From assembly GCA_963788195.1 (NCBI GenBank), contig CAWBGA010000003.1, forward strand, positions 1-47,567: 47,567 nt of DNA. The letters run 5' to 3'. The notes under the pieces were generated by a model. That model was not told the origin of the DNA. It did no database searches and was given only the letters and a program-made list of their open reading frames with translations. Made by a program: the position numbers and the translations under genes. Shown here one piece after another: positions 36,752-47,567 of this stretch. The stretch is from Nitrospirota bacterium. GTDB lineage: Bacteria; Nitrospirota; Nitrospiria; Nitrospirales; NS-4. Numbering within the stretch: position 1 is the stretch's first letter; each line of letters starts with the position of its first letter.

Positions 36752-36836
36752 GGGGTCAGAGTCGATTTATCGGGAACGTATCTCGGGGCCTTCTTCAACT
36801 ATCGATAGTTGCGTCCGATAAATCAACTCTGACCCC
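36752..36836. repeat. REPIN-like inverted repeat (21/22 arms) enclosing a 14-bp palindrome
   Basis: ggggtcagagtcgatttatcgg (36752-36773) / ccgataaatcaactctgacccc (36815-36836); aactatcgatagtt at 36797-36810. Confidence 0.8.
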
Positions 36837-37088
36837 GATGCCTTATCGAATCCCAAAATGGTCTGGCCGGCTAAGCCTGTATCCGCGAATGTCACCATCG
36901 TATCTTTTCCTATACAGCAATAATGTTCGGCTTGTCCGTCAAGCGCGAGTGAGTTTCCATCGAAAGCGGTAATCAACCATGACGTTCTTCTGGAGGGCTG
37001 GTGGTACGGGGTTTGCTGCGGTAACCGTATGGGGCGGAAGGAATGCAGGGGCACAACTCGGTAACGTATCGGCATCGGTCGAGGCTAA

Positions 37089-39587
37089 ATGACAGCTGAG
37101 CCAATCAAGAGGAGAAGCATGAGAATGAATCGGGCAGCCATGTTGGGTCTTGCCTTAGCGTGCCTCAGCGTTGTTCTTCTTGTCTCGAGTCAAGAGACAG
37201 GTACTGCGACCGCCGCCGGCAACATGTCGCCGGTCAATGACGGAGCTGCTAACGTCAAGGCCTTTTCAGATAAAGGCTTTTGTTACGGCAAGAAAGACCT
37301 CACTGCTTCGGAGAGGGCGGGATGTGCAATCTGGTTTTATGCCACCGCGGGAAATTCCCGCTTCTTTACATACGTCTATCAGCAGCGGCTGGGCGTCCTG
37401 ATTGATTGGTCTTGGGTACTGAACTCCGCGGATCGCGACAAACGATTTGCCCGCTGGGGGATGATCAATGATCCCGAATGTTGTAAGCCTGGAGATCCGA
37501 ACTGCCCGGCGAAAAGCTACGACGAGACGTATGGGTTTGATTACTGCCCTGGCGATGAGAAGCTGCTGCAGTACGTAGGGAAGACGGGCTATCGCGATCC
37601 CGCGTGTGACTTTATCGATGCTCCCATTGCTGGGGGGAAGGACCAACGCCAAAATGCTTGCGACTTAGAGTTCGGCACTTCCACGGGCATGATGGGCATC
37701 AGGAAGTTTCCGAATCCCAGGTTCAATGCCGATCAATGGCGCAAGGTGAACGATGGTAAACTGGGCACCTGGGCAGGCTATAACAAAAAGGTCGAGATGA
37801 GGCCCGAAAGTCCCTACCCGGATACGCGCATGTTAGACGGCTCAATAGAACCGCCCTTCCTGATCGGTGTCTCCTGCGGATCATGTCACATCGCGTTTGA
37901 TCCGCTCAAGCCGCCACGGGATCCCAAACACCCCGATCACGATAATATTTCGGGTACAGTCGGCAATCAATACTCCCGGTTCTCGCAGATCCTTGCCTCC
38001 GGCATGAAGCGAAAAGGCTTTGAGTGGCAGGTCTTCGGGCACGCACGGCCGGGGATTGTTGACACTTCCGCGCTGCCGAGCGATCAGCTCAATAACTCCG
38101 GAACCATCAATGCCCTGATCAATCTCGAACAACGGCCAAAAGACTTCGAGCACGAGATCGTCAAATGGCGAAAAGTCAAACAGTGTCCATTGGGTACCGA
38201 TCAACGGTCCTGCTGGTGCGAGCCGGGCAAGGACGGAAAGTGCTGGGAGCGAAGCAGAAAAAAGGAGCCCGTAAATCAAATCCTCAAGGGTGGCGAGGAC
38301 AGCATTGGCGCTCTGGAAGCGCTTCAGCGGGTGTACTTCAATATCGGGAGCTGTTCGGAAGAAGCGTGGGTGAACCACCTGATGGATATGCGGCAACTTG
38401 ATCCAGCCCAGCGAGGCTACGGCCAAACTCCGTTCGATATCGGTCAAGCACGGCGGGACTGCGCGCAATTCCGTGCCATCGAGGATCGTCTTCAAGAGAT
38501 CATGGATTTTCTGTTGACGGCGCGGCCAAGCGATTTATATGAGGCGCGGGGGCTGAAGACTCCCCTGGACTTGGTCGAGCAGCTGGAACAGGAATTCGGG
38601 AAGGATGCCGTCGGGCGGGGAAAACTAATTTTTGCTCAAAATTGCGCGCGCTGCCATTCCAGTCAAAAAAATCCTTCCTCAGCCACAGACTTTTATAAAA
38701 AAAAGAAAGACGCGAAGGGGGCGGACATCCGTGAGGATTGGCTCGGCAATGACGAAATGGTGCCGGTGTCGGAGGTGGGGACGAATCGGTCCCGAGCGCT
38801 GCATTCCAACCATATGAAGGGGCACATTTGGGATGAGTATGGATCGGAAACACTTCGCAGCAAGCCGGGGGACCCGAACATTAAGGAACCGTCGGACGGG
38901 GGACGGGGATACTATCGGAACATCTCCCTGCTCAGCGTGTGGGCGCACGCGCCGTTCATGCATAACAATGCCATAGGACCGGAAATTTACGGCGGGGCCG
39001 ATGATGTCTTTTATAACTCGCCATATAAGCAGAAGGAGAACGGACAATTCGTCTCAATCCCGACGCCGCCGTCCCCCTGGGAATTCGATCCGAGCGTCGA
39101 CGGACGCTATAAGCTGTTCAAGGCCTCGATGTACCAGCTCTTGAACCCACAACATCGGATTCCCAAGGTTCCTGCATTTGAAAATGAGGTCCAGATATAC
39201 CTGGGACCCACACTGTTGTTGGAGAAAGACAAGCAGCTTCCTATCGACCTCATTCTGAAATTCCCGAAAGGAACCCCGTCCGCATATATTGGGAACTTTC
39301 GGTACAAGTCCTATCTCTATGACCTCTGGTCGGCAAAGCATCATCCAGAGGATCTCGACGCGAAATACAAAACGAATCCGGAGGTCGCACGCACAATCAG
39401 AACCATCGCCCAGAAGATGTCTGACGACCCAGGGCATGCAGTCGTCGCTTTCCAGGAAGGCGGACGTGAACTGTCACATGTCTACAGCAATAGCATGGCG
39501 ATCGTGGAAAACGAAGGGCACAGGTTTGGCGAGGACTTGTCTCCCTCGGATAAAGATGCACTGATTGCGTTTCTGGCGACCCTCTAG
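37089..39587 (+). CDS. Large exported di-haem cytochrome c, RoxA/MauG-like
   Basis: Signal peptide (start may be 37119); CGSCH, CARCH; SLLSVWAHAPFMHNN; GHRFG...LIAFLATL; extra Cys pairs. Confidence 0.85.
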   Translation: MTAEPIKRRSMRMNRAAMLGLALACLSVVLLVSSQETGTATAAGNMSPVNDGAANVKAFSDKGFCYGKKDLTASERAGCAIWFYATAGNSRFFTYVYQQRLGVLIDWSWVLNSADRDKRFARWGMINDPECCKPGDPNCPAKSYDETYGFDYCPGDEKLLQYVGKTGYRDPACDFIDAPIAGGKDQRQNACDLEFGTSTGMMGIRKFPNPRFNADQWRKVNDGKLGTWAGYNKKVEMRPESPYPDTRMLDGSIEPPFLIGVSCGSCHIAFDPLKPPRDPKHPDHDNISGTVGNQYSRFSQILASGMKRKGFEWQVFGHARPGIVDTSALPSDQLNNSGTINALINLEQRPKDFEHEIVKWRKVKQCPLGTDQRSCWCEPGKDGKCWERSRKKEPVNQILKGGEDSIGALEALQRVYFNIGSCSEEAWVNHLMDMRQLDPAQRGYGQTPFDIGQARRDCAQFRAIEDRLQEIMDFLLTARPSDLYEARGLKTPLDLVEQLEQEFGKDAVGRGKLIFAQNCARCHSSQKNPSSATDFYKKKKDAKGADIREDWLGNDEMVPVSEVGTNRSRALHSNHMKGHIWDEYGSETLRSKPGDPNIKEPSDGGRGYYRNISLLSVWAHAPFMHNNAIGPEIYGGADDVFYNSPYKQKENGQFVSIPTPPSPWEFDPSVDGRYKLFKASMYQLLNPQHRIPKVPAFENEVQIYLGPTLLLEKDKQLPIDLILKFPKGTPSAYIGNFRYKSYLYDLWSAKHHPEDLDAKYKTNPEVARTIRTIAQKMSDDPGHAVVAFQEGGRELSHVYSNSMAIVENEGHRFGEDLSPSDKDALIAFLATL

Positions 39588-39602
39588 GAAAAAAGGCACA
39601 CT

Positions 39603-40490
39603 ATGCATAACAGACAATTAGCCGCGGCGATGGGAATGGCGATGAGTCTTCTCCTGTTCGGGTGCTCCGGTCCGCCACCCGTAAGTTATTTTAAAACAGC
39701 CGAACCACAGAAACAGCCGGCGTACTCGAGCGAAGAGGCGTACCGTTCGAAGGTGGATTTCGCCCGCTTGGAGCATGAGCTGCCTCTCTCCCTTAACGAT
39801 TTAAACCAAATTACGTTTCAAAATCTTCAGGCCGCCGACCAGGAACAACTCGATCAGATTTACGTCCGATTGACGGCGGGGCCGATTCCCGACGGGGTGT
39901 ATAAGGGAGAGTTTTCATTTCCTCGAGGGGAGAGCGGGCATCGGAGAATCTCCGAGATTATCGGGCGAAATCTTAAAGGGGCAGTGGTAAACATAAAAAT
40001 GGCGAAGCTTGAGCATCTGGGCGATGCGATGTGGAGAGGGAAGGTCTTTGATAAAAACCAGAAGATCGCGCGGTCCCGGGTCCACGATTTAACGGTTCTG
40101 AAGGAGCTCGCCGGGGAGGGTGTGGGTGAGGCTGATAAGACCACGGTCAGCGACCGGCAAAGGGGGCTCGCATTTCCGGCAAAGGTCTATTGTGGGCAGA
40201 GTTTGTTGGACGGGCGCCGGGAATCCATAGTTCTTGACTACGCCTTCTCGGATGATATTGAAGGATACCGCAAAAAGCCCGACGCGCTGGCCGGCCGGGA
40301 TGGGTTCATGGTGAGAGATGAAATCCGCATGGTGAGGCCTGGTCTGTATCTTGGTCGCGCCTACATGGGCCGCATATTTGTCGCTAATTTTTTCCTGGTA
40401 AGCGAAGATCCACAGCAGGCTACAGGACGAGCCAAGGAAGACTGTTTTGTGGGTGCGCAACGGATGGCGGCTGACCGCCATGGATCGTAG
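39603..40490 (+). CDS. Hypothetical lipoprotein
   Basis: LFGC lipobox; WRGKVF...FPAKVY...SIVLDY...RDEIRMVRPGLYLGRAY beta-barrel-like pattern. Confidence 0.8.
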   Translation: MHNRQLAAAMGMAMSLLLFGCSGPPPVSYFKTAEPQKQPAYSSEEAYRSKVDFARLEHELPLSLNDLNQITFQNLQAADQEQLDQIYVRLTAGPIPDGVYKGEFSFPRGESGHRRISEIIGRNLKGAVVNIKMAKLEHLGDAMWRGKVFDKNQKIARSRVHDLTVLKELAGEGVGEADKTTVSDRQRGLAFPAKVYCGQSLLDGRRESIVLDYAFSDDIEGYRKKPDALAGRDGFMVRDEIRMVRPGLYLGRAYMGRIFVANFFLVSEDPQQATGRAKEDCFVGAQRMAADRHGS

Positions 40491-42829
40491 ACGCAGGCTA
40501 TGCATAATCGTGCTCGCATGTGTTTTATGGAGTACCAGCGCTGCATCATGTGACGTGGCTAGTCGGGATGTACCCATTCCGTCGAAATACGGCATCTCCG
40601 AAGTGGAGCAGACCGACCGCGAAGGCCGGGCAAGCCCCCCAATACACACCTCCGTCGAGTCCTGGGTGGTGGATGCCAAAGATCCCGGACAAGATCTCCC
40701 GCCGGTGGGGCGATCCTTATTCGATTATGTAATCGCGAAATCCGACGGTACCGTCAGTTTACTATGACGTGCCCTTTCCCTTCTCCTCGTTGGTGCAACT
40801 CATTGCCGACAGTCTCGATCGTAAAGGCGGGGTGTCACACACTAAACGCGTGTTGATGCCGCTCAACCGATCTCTCCAACGACACGCTCCGAAACCTGAA
40901 TTCTTCAAGTATCCACGGGCGGTCCTGGCAATAGATACCGAACCGACATTCTCGCCGGATTCGGCCGGTATGCTGCTCAAAGATCGGCTGTATGTCGGAT
41001 ACCAGGAAAAAGCCAATACTCTCGAGGTGATCAGCTACAACGAGGCGGCGGGGCGATTCGAATTTCAGGTGGTCAAGGATTATCGAGCCGGGGGTGGGCG
41101 TCAGGTCTTTTACGCGAACCGTACGTTGTGCACGTCCTGCCATCAAAACCATGGGCCGATATTTGCCCGACAACTGTGGGATGAAACAAATGCCAATTCA
41201 ACGGTCGCCGCGTTACTCAAGGCGGAACAGCGTAACTTTTATGATTTTCCCATCCTCCAAGGCGTTGACGTTCCAAACGCGATCGATGCCGCTACGGACC
41301 GCGCCAACAAATTGTCCGCATTTCAGTTGCTCTGGCGGGAAGGTTGTAAGAGTCCGTATAACGTGGAATCCGTGGATTGCCGCGCTGCCGCGTTTCGCCT
41401 GACGTTACAGCACTTGCTGAGCGGCGCTCGTGGCTTGGATACCGGCGTTGCGCAATACCAGGGCCTGGTCTCTTCGCTTTCTAAACAGTGGTTGAAAAAA
41501 TGGCCCAATGGGCTACTGATTCCCGACGCTGACATTCCCAACCGAAATCCGGTCCTCCATACCGCACAACTTCGAAACTATGCGGCGATGGGTGGCGGGC
41601 AGGTACGAAGCACTGCCGAACTGTCTGACCAGTCGGATATCCGGTCCATATTTGAGCCTTCCAACCCTCGGCCGCCTCTAGAGGTGTGGCGACTCTCGAC
41701 AACTGGGGAAACATTAGCGAACCGATTGATTTCGGGCCTAGGCGCATTTCTCTCTGCCAATGATATTCGGCGACTCGATGACCATCTCTTTAGAAATGGC
41801 ACGAAAGAATTGGTGTATGGAAGCAACTGTGAGTTGACACCTCGCACCGATGGGGGAGTTATAAATCGTCTGACATTTCACTGTGAGAGTGCGCAAGAAG
41901 TTTCCACAGGCAGAGTTTCACTTTCCGGCGTCGTGTACTTTCAACATGGCAAGCCCGTAAAAGGCGCGATAGAGCGTGTCACCTTTGATGACGGTGAGGA
42001 ACTTGGAGATCTGGACATTGTGAGTGGCAAGCTGGAGGCGCGCGCTGATGATCTGGTCGCGACACTTGATATGCGACAAAAATATTCTGGCCTCCATGCG
42101 CGACGGGAAAACGGCAATGCGATCCGAAGCCTAAGTCTGTCCTGGAAGTCTTCGGGTCAGAAAAATGTTGCCGTGTTTTCAGGAAAGGTCAAGGCGACAG
42201 TAGTGGATGATTTTACCCCCGTCGCCCGAGCCATTGAGAAGATGGTGGATGAGACACTCTCAGGCCACTCAGATGTATTTACAGGAAAACCATTTCGCCG
42301 CGCCGCGATTATGAAGGCTCTGTTCGAGCAACTAGAGATGCCCAACCTGAGATGGTGCTGCGCGGACGTTCATGGGCTGCCGGAGCCTCAATTGGCGCCC
42401 GGTCTCGTGCCTGAAGAACCACCCTTTATGAAGCAGAAGGATCATATCCTCACATCGTTTGGAAAATACTGTGCGAAGTGCCACTTCGGGCTCGAAACAT
42501 TTCCTCCCAATTTCCTGTATGGCGAGACCAAGCACGTCAAGGCCAATTTGAATCGGTGCGCTGAAAGGATCTTTTTTCGCCTTGAAATGTGGCGTCTGGC
42601 TTTAGACGTTCGGCCCGAACCTCCGATGCCTCCTGTCAGCACCTTGCGCAGGCTGAAGGTTGATCCTGAACAATGGCCTCAGCAGGATGATCTGCGCACC
42701 ATGCGAGATTATGTCAGTGACGTCTTACGGTCTGAAACAGGAAGTGTCCCGAAGCTCGAAGATCTCAAAAATCGAGGGTACGACAACTTAAGAGATTGCC
42801 CCCCGGTAACACAAGTGCCACAGAATTAG
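40480..42829 (+). pseudogene. Exported di-haem cytochrome c-like protein split by a +1 frameshift near 40759 (real or assembly error)
   Basis: 40480-40767 encodes signal + DLPPVGRSLFDY; removing one T of ttt (40758-40760) continues as SYYDVPFPF; CTSCH and CAKCH. Confidence 0.75.
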
Positions 42830-43007
42830 GATCGCGCAAGTTTGCTAGCCACTCTCTCTCCCTGTGAGGCTTTTCGCCTGCGCCGCAATGCTTTCGAGTG
42901 TGGCCAGTGGATTGGCAAAAACTCATTGAGCATTTGAAGATGAAAAATAAGTAACCAGAAGCGCGGGTTTCTATTAAAGTAATGCAAATGCCACCTGAGG
43001 GCTATTT

Positions 43008-43976
43008 ATGGGATGCCCAGTCCATTTGAAGAAAGTTAGATCCGGGTTGTTGTGCTTTCTCACTCTGTCTTCCGCAGTGGCGGGAGCGCAAGCTCAGGAA
43101 ATATTGATTCAGTCCGAATCCTCAGGGCGCCTGCAGACTCAGACTCAGTCCCAAACTCCCTCGGGTAGTCGTCTGTCGGCCCGCAATCCGCTATCAGCCG
43201 CCGCTCGGAAAACTTTTCTGACGTATCGGTCCGCCCTGAGTGATCCAAAAGTTCGCGAGGCCAGTGAAGCCGAAATCAGGCGGCAATTGAGTGACGTTTC
43301 GCCGGTGGCGTTCGTGAAAGGCTACTGGATCACACCGATCGATATGTCGGGCGTGTACGCCAACGTCGCGGTTCAAACCGCTTTGCGGGCCAATTGGGCA
43401 GGGGCCAAAGATAGCCAGGAACTACAGAGCCAACTGCGTCCGCAGGGAGCTTTAGCCCTGATCTTCACGCCAAATGAATTAGCCGACCTATTGAAAATTC
43501 CGCGAACGGATCTGCTACTCATGTTTGGGCCGGAGGCGCTTCGCGGCAAGGCGCTGGATTCTTTTCTGCAGCCGCAACCTGAACGGGTCAAGGGCTTTGC
43601 CACCGGTTCCATGGTCGAGGTCACCCCTGAAGTGCGAGATTGGTGGCACAACCCTCAGGCTGAGAAGGCACATACAAGATGCAAGGACAAGACGGACACC
43701 GGCGACTGTGACGGAGATGGGATTCCGAATGGAAAAGATACGTGTCCCTTTGATCCTGCCTGCAGTGAACCAGAAGAGAGAAAAGAAGGTTTTGTCGGTT
43801 GTGTTCTCGCAACATGCGCAAAGAAAGGCTTTGAGACCTCCTTCAATAACGAACTGCTCTTGCTGATAGAGGAGATCGCGGCTGACATCCGGCAGGCTAA
43901 TCAAATGGGCACGGTGCTTCCGCTGGGTCCGGGGGATACAAGCCACCCCAATATCAGCCTCGCGTTCCCCGAATGA
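43008..43976 (+). CDS. Exported hypothetical protein with a thrombospondin type-3-like Ca-binding motif
   Basis: Signal ends AQA; DCDGDGIPNGKDTCP. Confidence 0.75.
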   Translation: MGCPVHLKKVRSGLLCFLTLSSAVAGAQAQEILIQSESSGRLQTQTQSQTPSGSRLSARNPLSAAARKTFLTYRSALSDPKVREASEAEIRRQLSDVSPVAFVKGYWITPIDMSGVYANVAVQTALRANWAGAKDSQELQSQLRPQGALALIFTPNELADLLKIPRTDLLLMFGPEALRGKALDSFLQPQPERVKGFATGSMVEVTPEVRDWWHNPQAEKAHTRCKDKTDTGDCDGDGIPNGKDTCPFDPACSEPEERKEGFVGCVLATCAKKGFETSFNNELLLLIEEIAADIRQANQMGTVLPLGPGDTSHPNISLAFPE

Positions 43977-44138
43977 ATGTTCAAAGGGGTACCCTATGGG
44001 CGCAAAGTATCGTAGGCATCAGAGTCAGAAAGGGGCTGGGGTGGATTTTGTAGAGGAGGTATGGTAAGAGGGACGTAGCCGAGCAGCTGGGAAAGTATCA
44101 CGTTTTCAAAAGGAAGGACCTTCTACGAAAGGGCGTCT

Positions 44139-44687
44139 ATGGAGCTGACCCTCTTGTTAAACGCGACATACGAGCCGCTGCGTGTTCTCAATTGGCAAAA
44201 AGCCATCACCTTGATGTGGCAAGGCAAGGTCGAGGTCCTCGAAGTTTATGACCGGGAAGTTCACGGAGTCTCGGTCACGTTCAAGCTTCCTTCCGTGATC
44301 CGTCTCATTAAGATGATCAAGATTCGGGATGCACACCGTTCCGTCAAATTTTCCCGCATTAATATCTTTACCCGTGACGGCTATCACTGCCAGTATTGCC
44401 GGCGTAAGTTTCGGACGGAAGATCTTACGTTTGACCATGTCATCCCTATCGCCAAAGGTGGGAAAAAGACGTGGGAGAATATCGTGACCGCCTGTTGGGC
44501 CTGTAACAACAAAAAGAGCGGCCGGACGCCTGACGAGGCGCATATGCACTTGATGAAGAAGCCGGCCAAACCCCGGTGGAATCTCGTCGTCACCATTACG
44601 ATCGGAATTCGCAACACGCCTGAAAGCTGGCGGGACTATCTGTACTGGAATATGGAGTTGGAGTCGGACATTCCAGGCTCGGGCTGA
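44139..44687 (+). CDS. HNH endonuclease (McrA-like)
   Basis: LLLNATYEPL; RDGYHCQYC, TFDHVIP...GG...WENIVTACWACNNKK. Confidence 0.93.
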   Translation: MELTLLLNATYEPLRVLNWQKAITLMWQGKVEVLEVYDREVHGVSVTFKLPSVIRLIKMIKIRDAHRSVKFSRINIFTRDGYHCQYCRRKFRTEDLTFDHVIPIAKGGKKTWENIVTACWACNNKKSGRTPDEAHMHLMKKPAKPRWNLVVTITIGIRNTPESWRDYLYWNMELESDIPGSG

Positions 44688-44721
44688 GGCTACTATAGCG
44701 CCGCTCAGGAGCAGGCGCTCT

Positions 44722-45186
44722 TCACTTTACTTTGTTCAGGACGATCTCGATGTTGTCGGCGCCGACCATAGTGGGATTCTTCGCGAATTCTCCTTCGATA
44801 TCACCCGGCTGAGCCGGGCCTGCGCTACCGTCCTTGTCGAGCCGCGCGACGACCACCACCATTCCGCGTAACTCTGAGCCGGGCATCATGACGTCGGCAT
44901 TCGTGATTTGAAAAGGCACCGGGAATTTCGGGCGCTCGATCTTGACGGCAGCCAAGGGCCGTGGTGCACCGCCGGGGCGTCGAATGATGACAAACAGCAC
45001 GTCGTTGGGCTGAACCAGGGGTGCCAAGGCAGGGTCAATCGATACTGTGCCGGAAATCCCTTTGCCCGATTCGGCGGCGCCATGAAGCAGGCCCTTCCAG
45101 GCGGCGACACCGGCAAGCAGCAGGATGCCAAGAAAAATCAACGGCACTAGAGCCTTCTTGTTCGCTACTGCTGCCATGGTATTCAT
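44722..45186 (-). CDS. Membrane-anchored CcmH/CycH C-terminal Ig-like domain protein
   Basis: N-terminal TM; GTVSIDPAL...LFVI...PLAA...FPVPF...VVARLDKDG...PGDIEG. Confidence 0.8.
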   Translation of the reverse strand: MNTMAAVANKKALVPLIFLGILLLAGVAAWKGLLHGAAESGKGISGTVSIDPALAPLVQPNDVLFVIIRRPGGAPRPLAAVKIERPKFPVPFQITNADVMMPGSELRGMVVVVARLDKDGSAGPAQPGDIEGEFAKNPTMVGADNIEIVLNKVK

Positions 45187-45281
45187 TATAACGATGCCGT
45201 CCGAAGGCAGTCCAATGTATTTACGTCTCAGGGAGGGTAGGATATGATCACGCCCGCGCCGCGATATCAGGGGGATCTTTC

Positions 45282-45917
45282 ATGAAATGCGGATTTCAGA
45301 TCAATCTCGATGTACAGGATCGCATCTGTCTGGTGATAGGAGGGGATGACGTCGCCGCCGAGAGGACGAATCGGCTTCTGGAGGCGGGCGCGAAGGTCAC
45401 AATCATCAGTCCCGGCTTGACCGACGACTTAAAGAAGCTCGCGGCCTCAGGAAAAATCCTTCACCGGGGTCGAAACTTCCGAACATCTGATGTGGACGAT
45501 GGCGTCTGGCTCATCATAAATACGCTCCGCGGCGATCAGACCCTGCTTCGAGACTTGCTCGCGCTGTCCAAGCAGAAAGGGTTTCTCCTGTCTTCGAGCG
45601 ACGAGCCAGACTACTCCAACTTTACTATGCCGGCGCTCGTGGCTCGAGGACCACTGCGGATCGCCATCAGCACGAGCGGCGTGTCTCCGGCGCTTGCCAG
45701 CCGGCTGCGTCAGGATCTCGAGCCGTTGTTTGACGAACGCTTCGAGGTCTTCCTCGAGTGGCTCGATGTCTACCGTGCCCACCTTCACACCACGGAACCG
45801 AACGCCGAGAAACGACACGAGATCCTGCGCGAGGTGGTTGCGAAGGTCAAGCTGCAGGCGCGTATCGAATTTCCCAAGGTGGAGCGCAAGGAAGAAAAAG
45901 AACAGAAAGGAACATGA
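45282..45917 (+). CDS. Precorrin-2 dehydrogenase / sirohydrochlorin ferrochelatase (CysG N-terminal/SirC-like)
   Basis: CLVIGGDDVA...LLEAGAKVTIISP; NFTMPALVARGPLRIAISTSGVSPALA. Confidence 0.9.
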   Translation: MKCGFQINLDVQDRICLVIGGDDVAAERTNRLLEAGAKVTIISPGLTDDLKKLAASGKILHRGRNFRTSDVDDGVWLIINTLRGDQTLLRDLLALSKQKGFLLSSSDEPDYSNFTMPALVARGPLRIAISTSGVSPALASRLRQDLEPLFDERFEVFLEWLDVYRAHLHTTEPNAEKRHEILREVVAKVKLQARIEFPKVERKEEKEQKGT

Positions 45918-45921
45918 GGCT

Positions 45922-46230
45922 ATGGTTCTGCTGGAATTCAGCATGTCGCCCCTCGGTAAAGGCGAAAGCGTCGGCAAATATGTGGCGCGGTCGTTGAAGA
46001 TCGTCGACAAGAGCGGCGTGGATTATCGTCTCAATCCTATGGGGACTGTCCTCGAGGGTAAATGGGAAGATGTATTCAGCGTGGTCCAAGCGTGCTATGA
46101 GCGGATGCGACAGGATTGTAATCGAATTTCGTGTTCCATCAAGGTGGATTACCGCAAAGGTGCAAGCGGACGGCTGTCAGGGAAGGTGAAGAGTGTCGAG
46201 AAACGAATTGGGAGGAAGCTAAAGACCTAA
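45922..46230 (+). CDS. MTH1187/YkoF-family thiamine-binding protein
   Basis: MVLLEFSMSPL...SVGKYVA...YRLNPMGTVLEG...IKVDYR. Confidence 0.9.
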   Translation: MVLLEFSMSPLGKGESVGKYVARSLKIVDKSGVDYRLNPMGTVLEGKWEDVFSVVQACYERMRQDCNRISCSIKVDYRKGASGRLSGKVKSVEKRIGRKLKT

Positions 46231-46257
46231 TGCATGATGTCGTGTCTCCCGAGCAAA

Positions 46258-46303
46258 GTCATCCTGAGCAACGCGAAGGATCTAGATTCTTCACTCCGTT
46301 CAG
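46258..46303. repeat. Left part of a REP-like hairpin interrupted by IS110 (continues at 47465-47470)
   Basis: Rejoined: gtcatcctgagc-aacgcgaaggatctagattcttcactcc-gttcagaatgac, an imperfect palindrome. Confidence 0.8.
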
Positions 46304-46316
46304 CGACTGTCTTGAA

Positions 46317-47452
<1,136 letters not shown>

Positions 47453-47464
47453 TCAAGATACAAG

Positions 47465-47545
47465 AATGACAAATTGCGTTCAGAATGACTACGTGCAGAA
47501 TAATAAACTGCGTTCAGAATAATAAACGGCGATTAGAATGAGAAC
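47465..47545. repeat. Degenerate ~17-20-bp tandem array of REP right-arm motifs
   Basis: aatgac / gcgttcagaatgac / cgtgcagaataa / gcgttcagaataa / gcgattagaatgag. Confidence 0.7.
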
Positions 47546-47567
47546 GCCGACAGAGCGACAAGTATTA

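Overview
GC-rich bacterial window; the core genes at the right end look Nitrospira-like, which is an inference I cannot confirm. It has five blocks. (1) 12-22899: about 18 co-oriented minus-strand genes for exported proteins and lipoproteins. Ten carry the same unrecognised ~100-aa domain (LD.xVHF..xDGxD...PGxY....H.E....HLVLLLPGGxxLDAxGSxSG) ending in xR(G/A) and fused to unrelated cargos: S8 protease, ricin/beta-helix/FG-GAP, an NPP1-like fold, CARDB and Ig-like domains. A second family shares a (D/E)(V/I)QER(A/G) pro-leader fused to trypsin proteases or Cys-rich peptides, next to a DsbA. (2) 23148-31629: a divergent block encoding an exported caspase-family (C14) protease rich in TRG motifs, a SLOG-like protein, a TPR-patatin, a truncated WD40 gene and a second patatin. 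(3) 31633-42829: a bidirectional cluster of four di-haem c-type cytochromes (three RoxA/MauG-like), an old-yellow-enzyme oxidoreductase and accessory proteins. (4) 43008-46230: HNH nuclease, CcmH-like protein, CysG-N and an MTH1187 protein. (5) 46304-47464: an IS110 element inserted in a REP-like hairpin, with a bridge RNA whose guide segments can be read from the sequence. The best candidate for an undescribed system is blocks 1+2: a modular secreted pro-protein arsenal that may be matured at Arg-Gly/Ala sites by the neighbouring exported caspase. Four frameshifts and two eroded gene remnants point to rapid turnover, although some frameshifts may be assembly errors.
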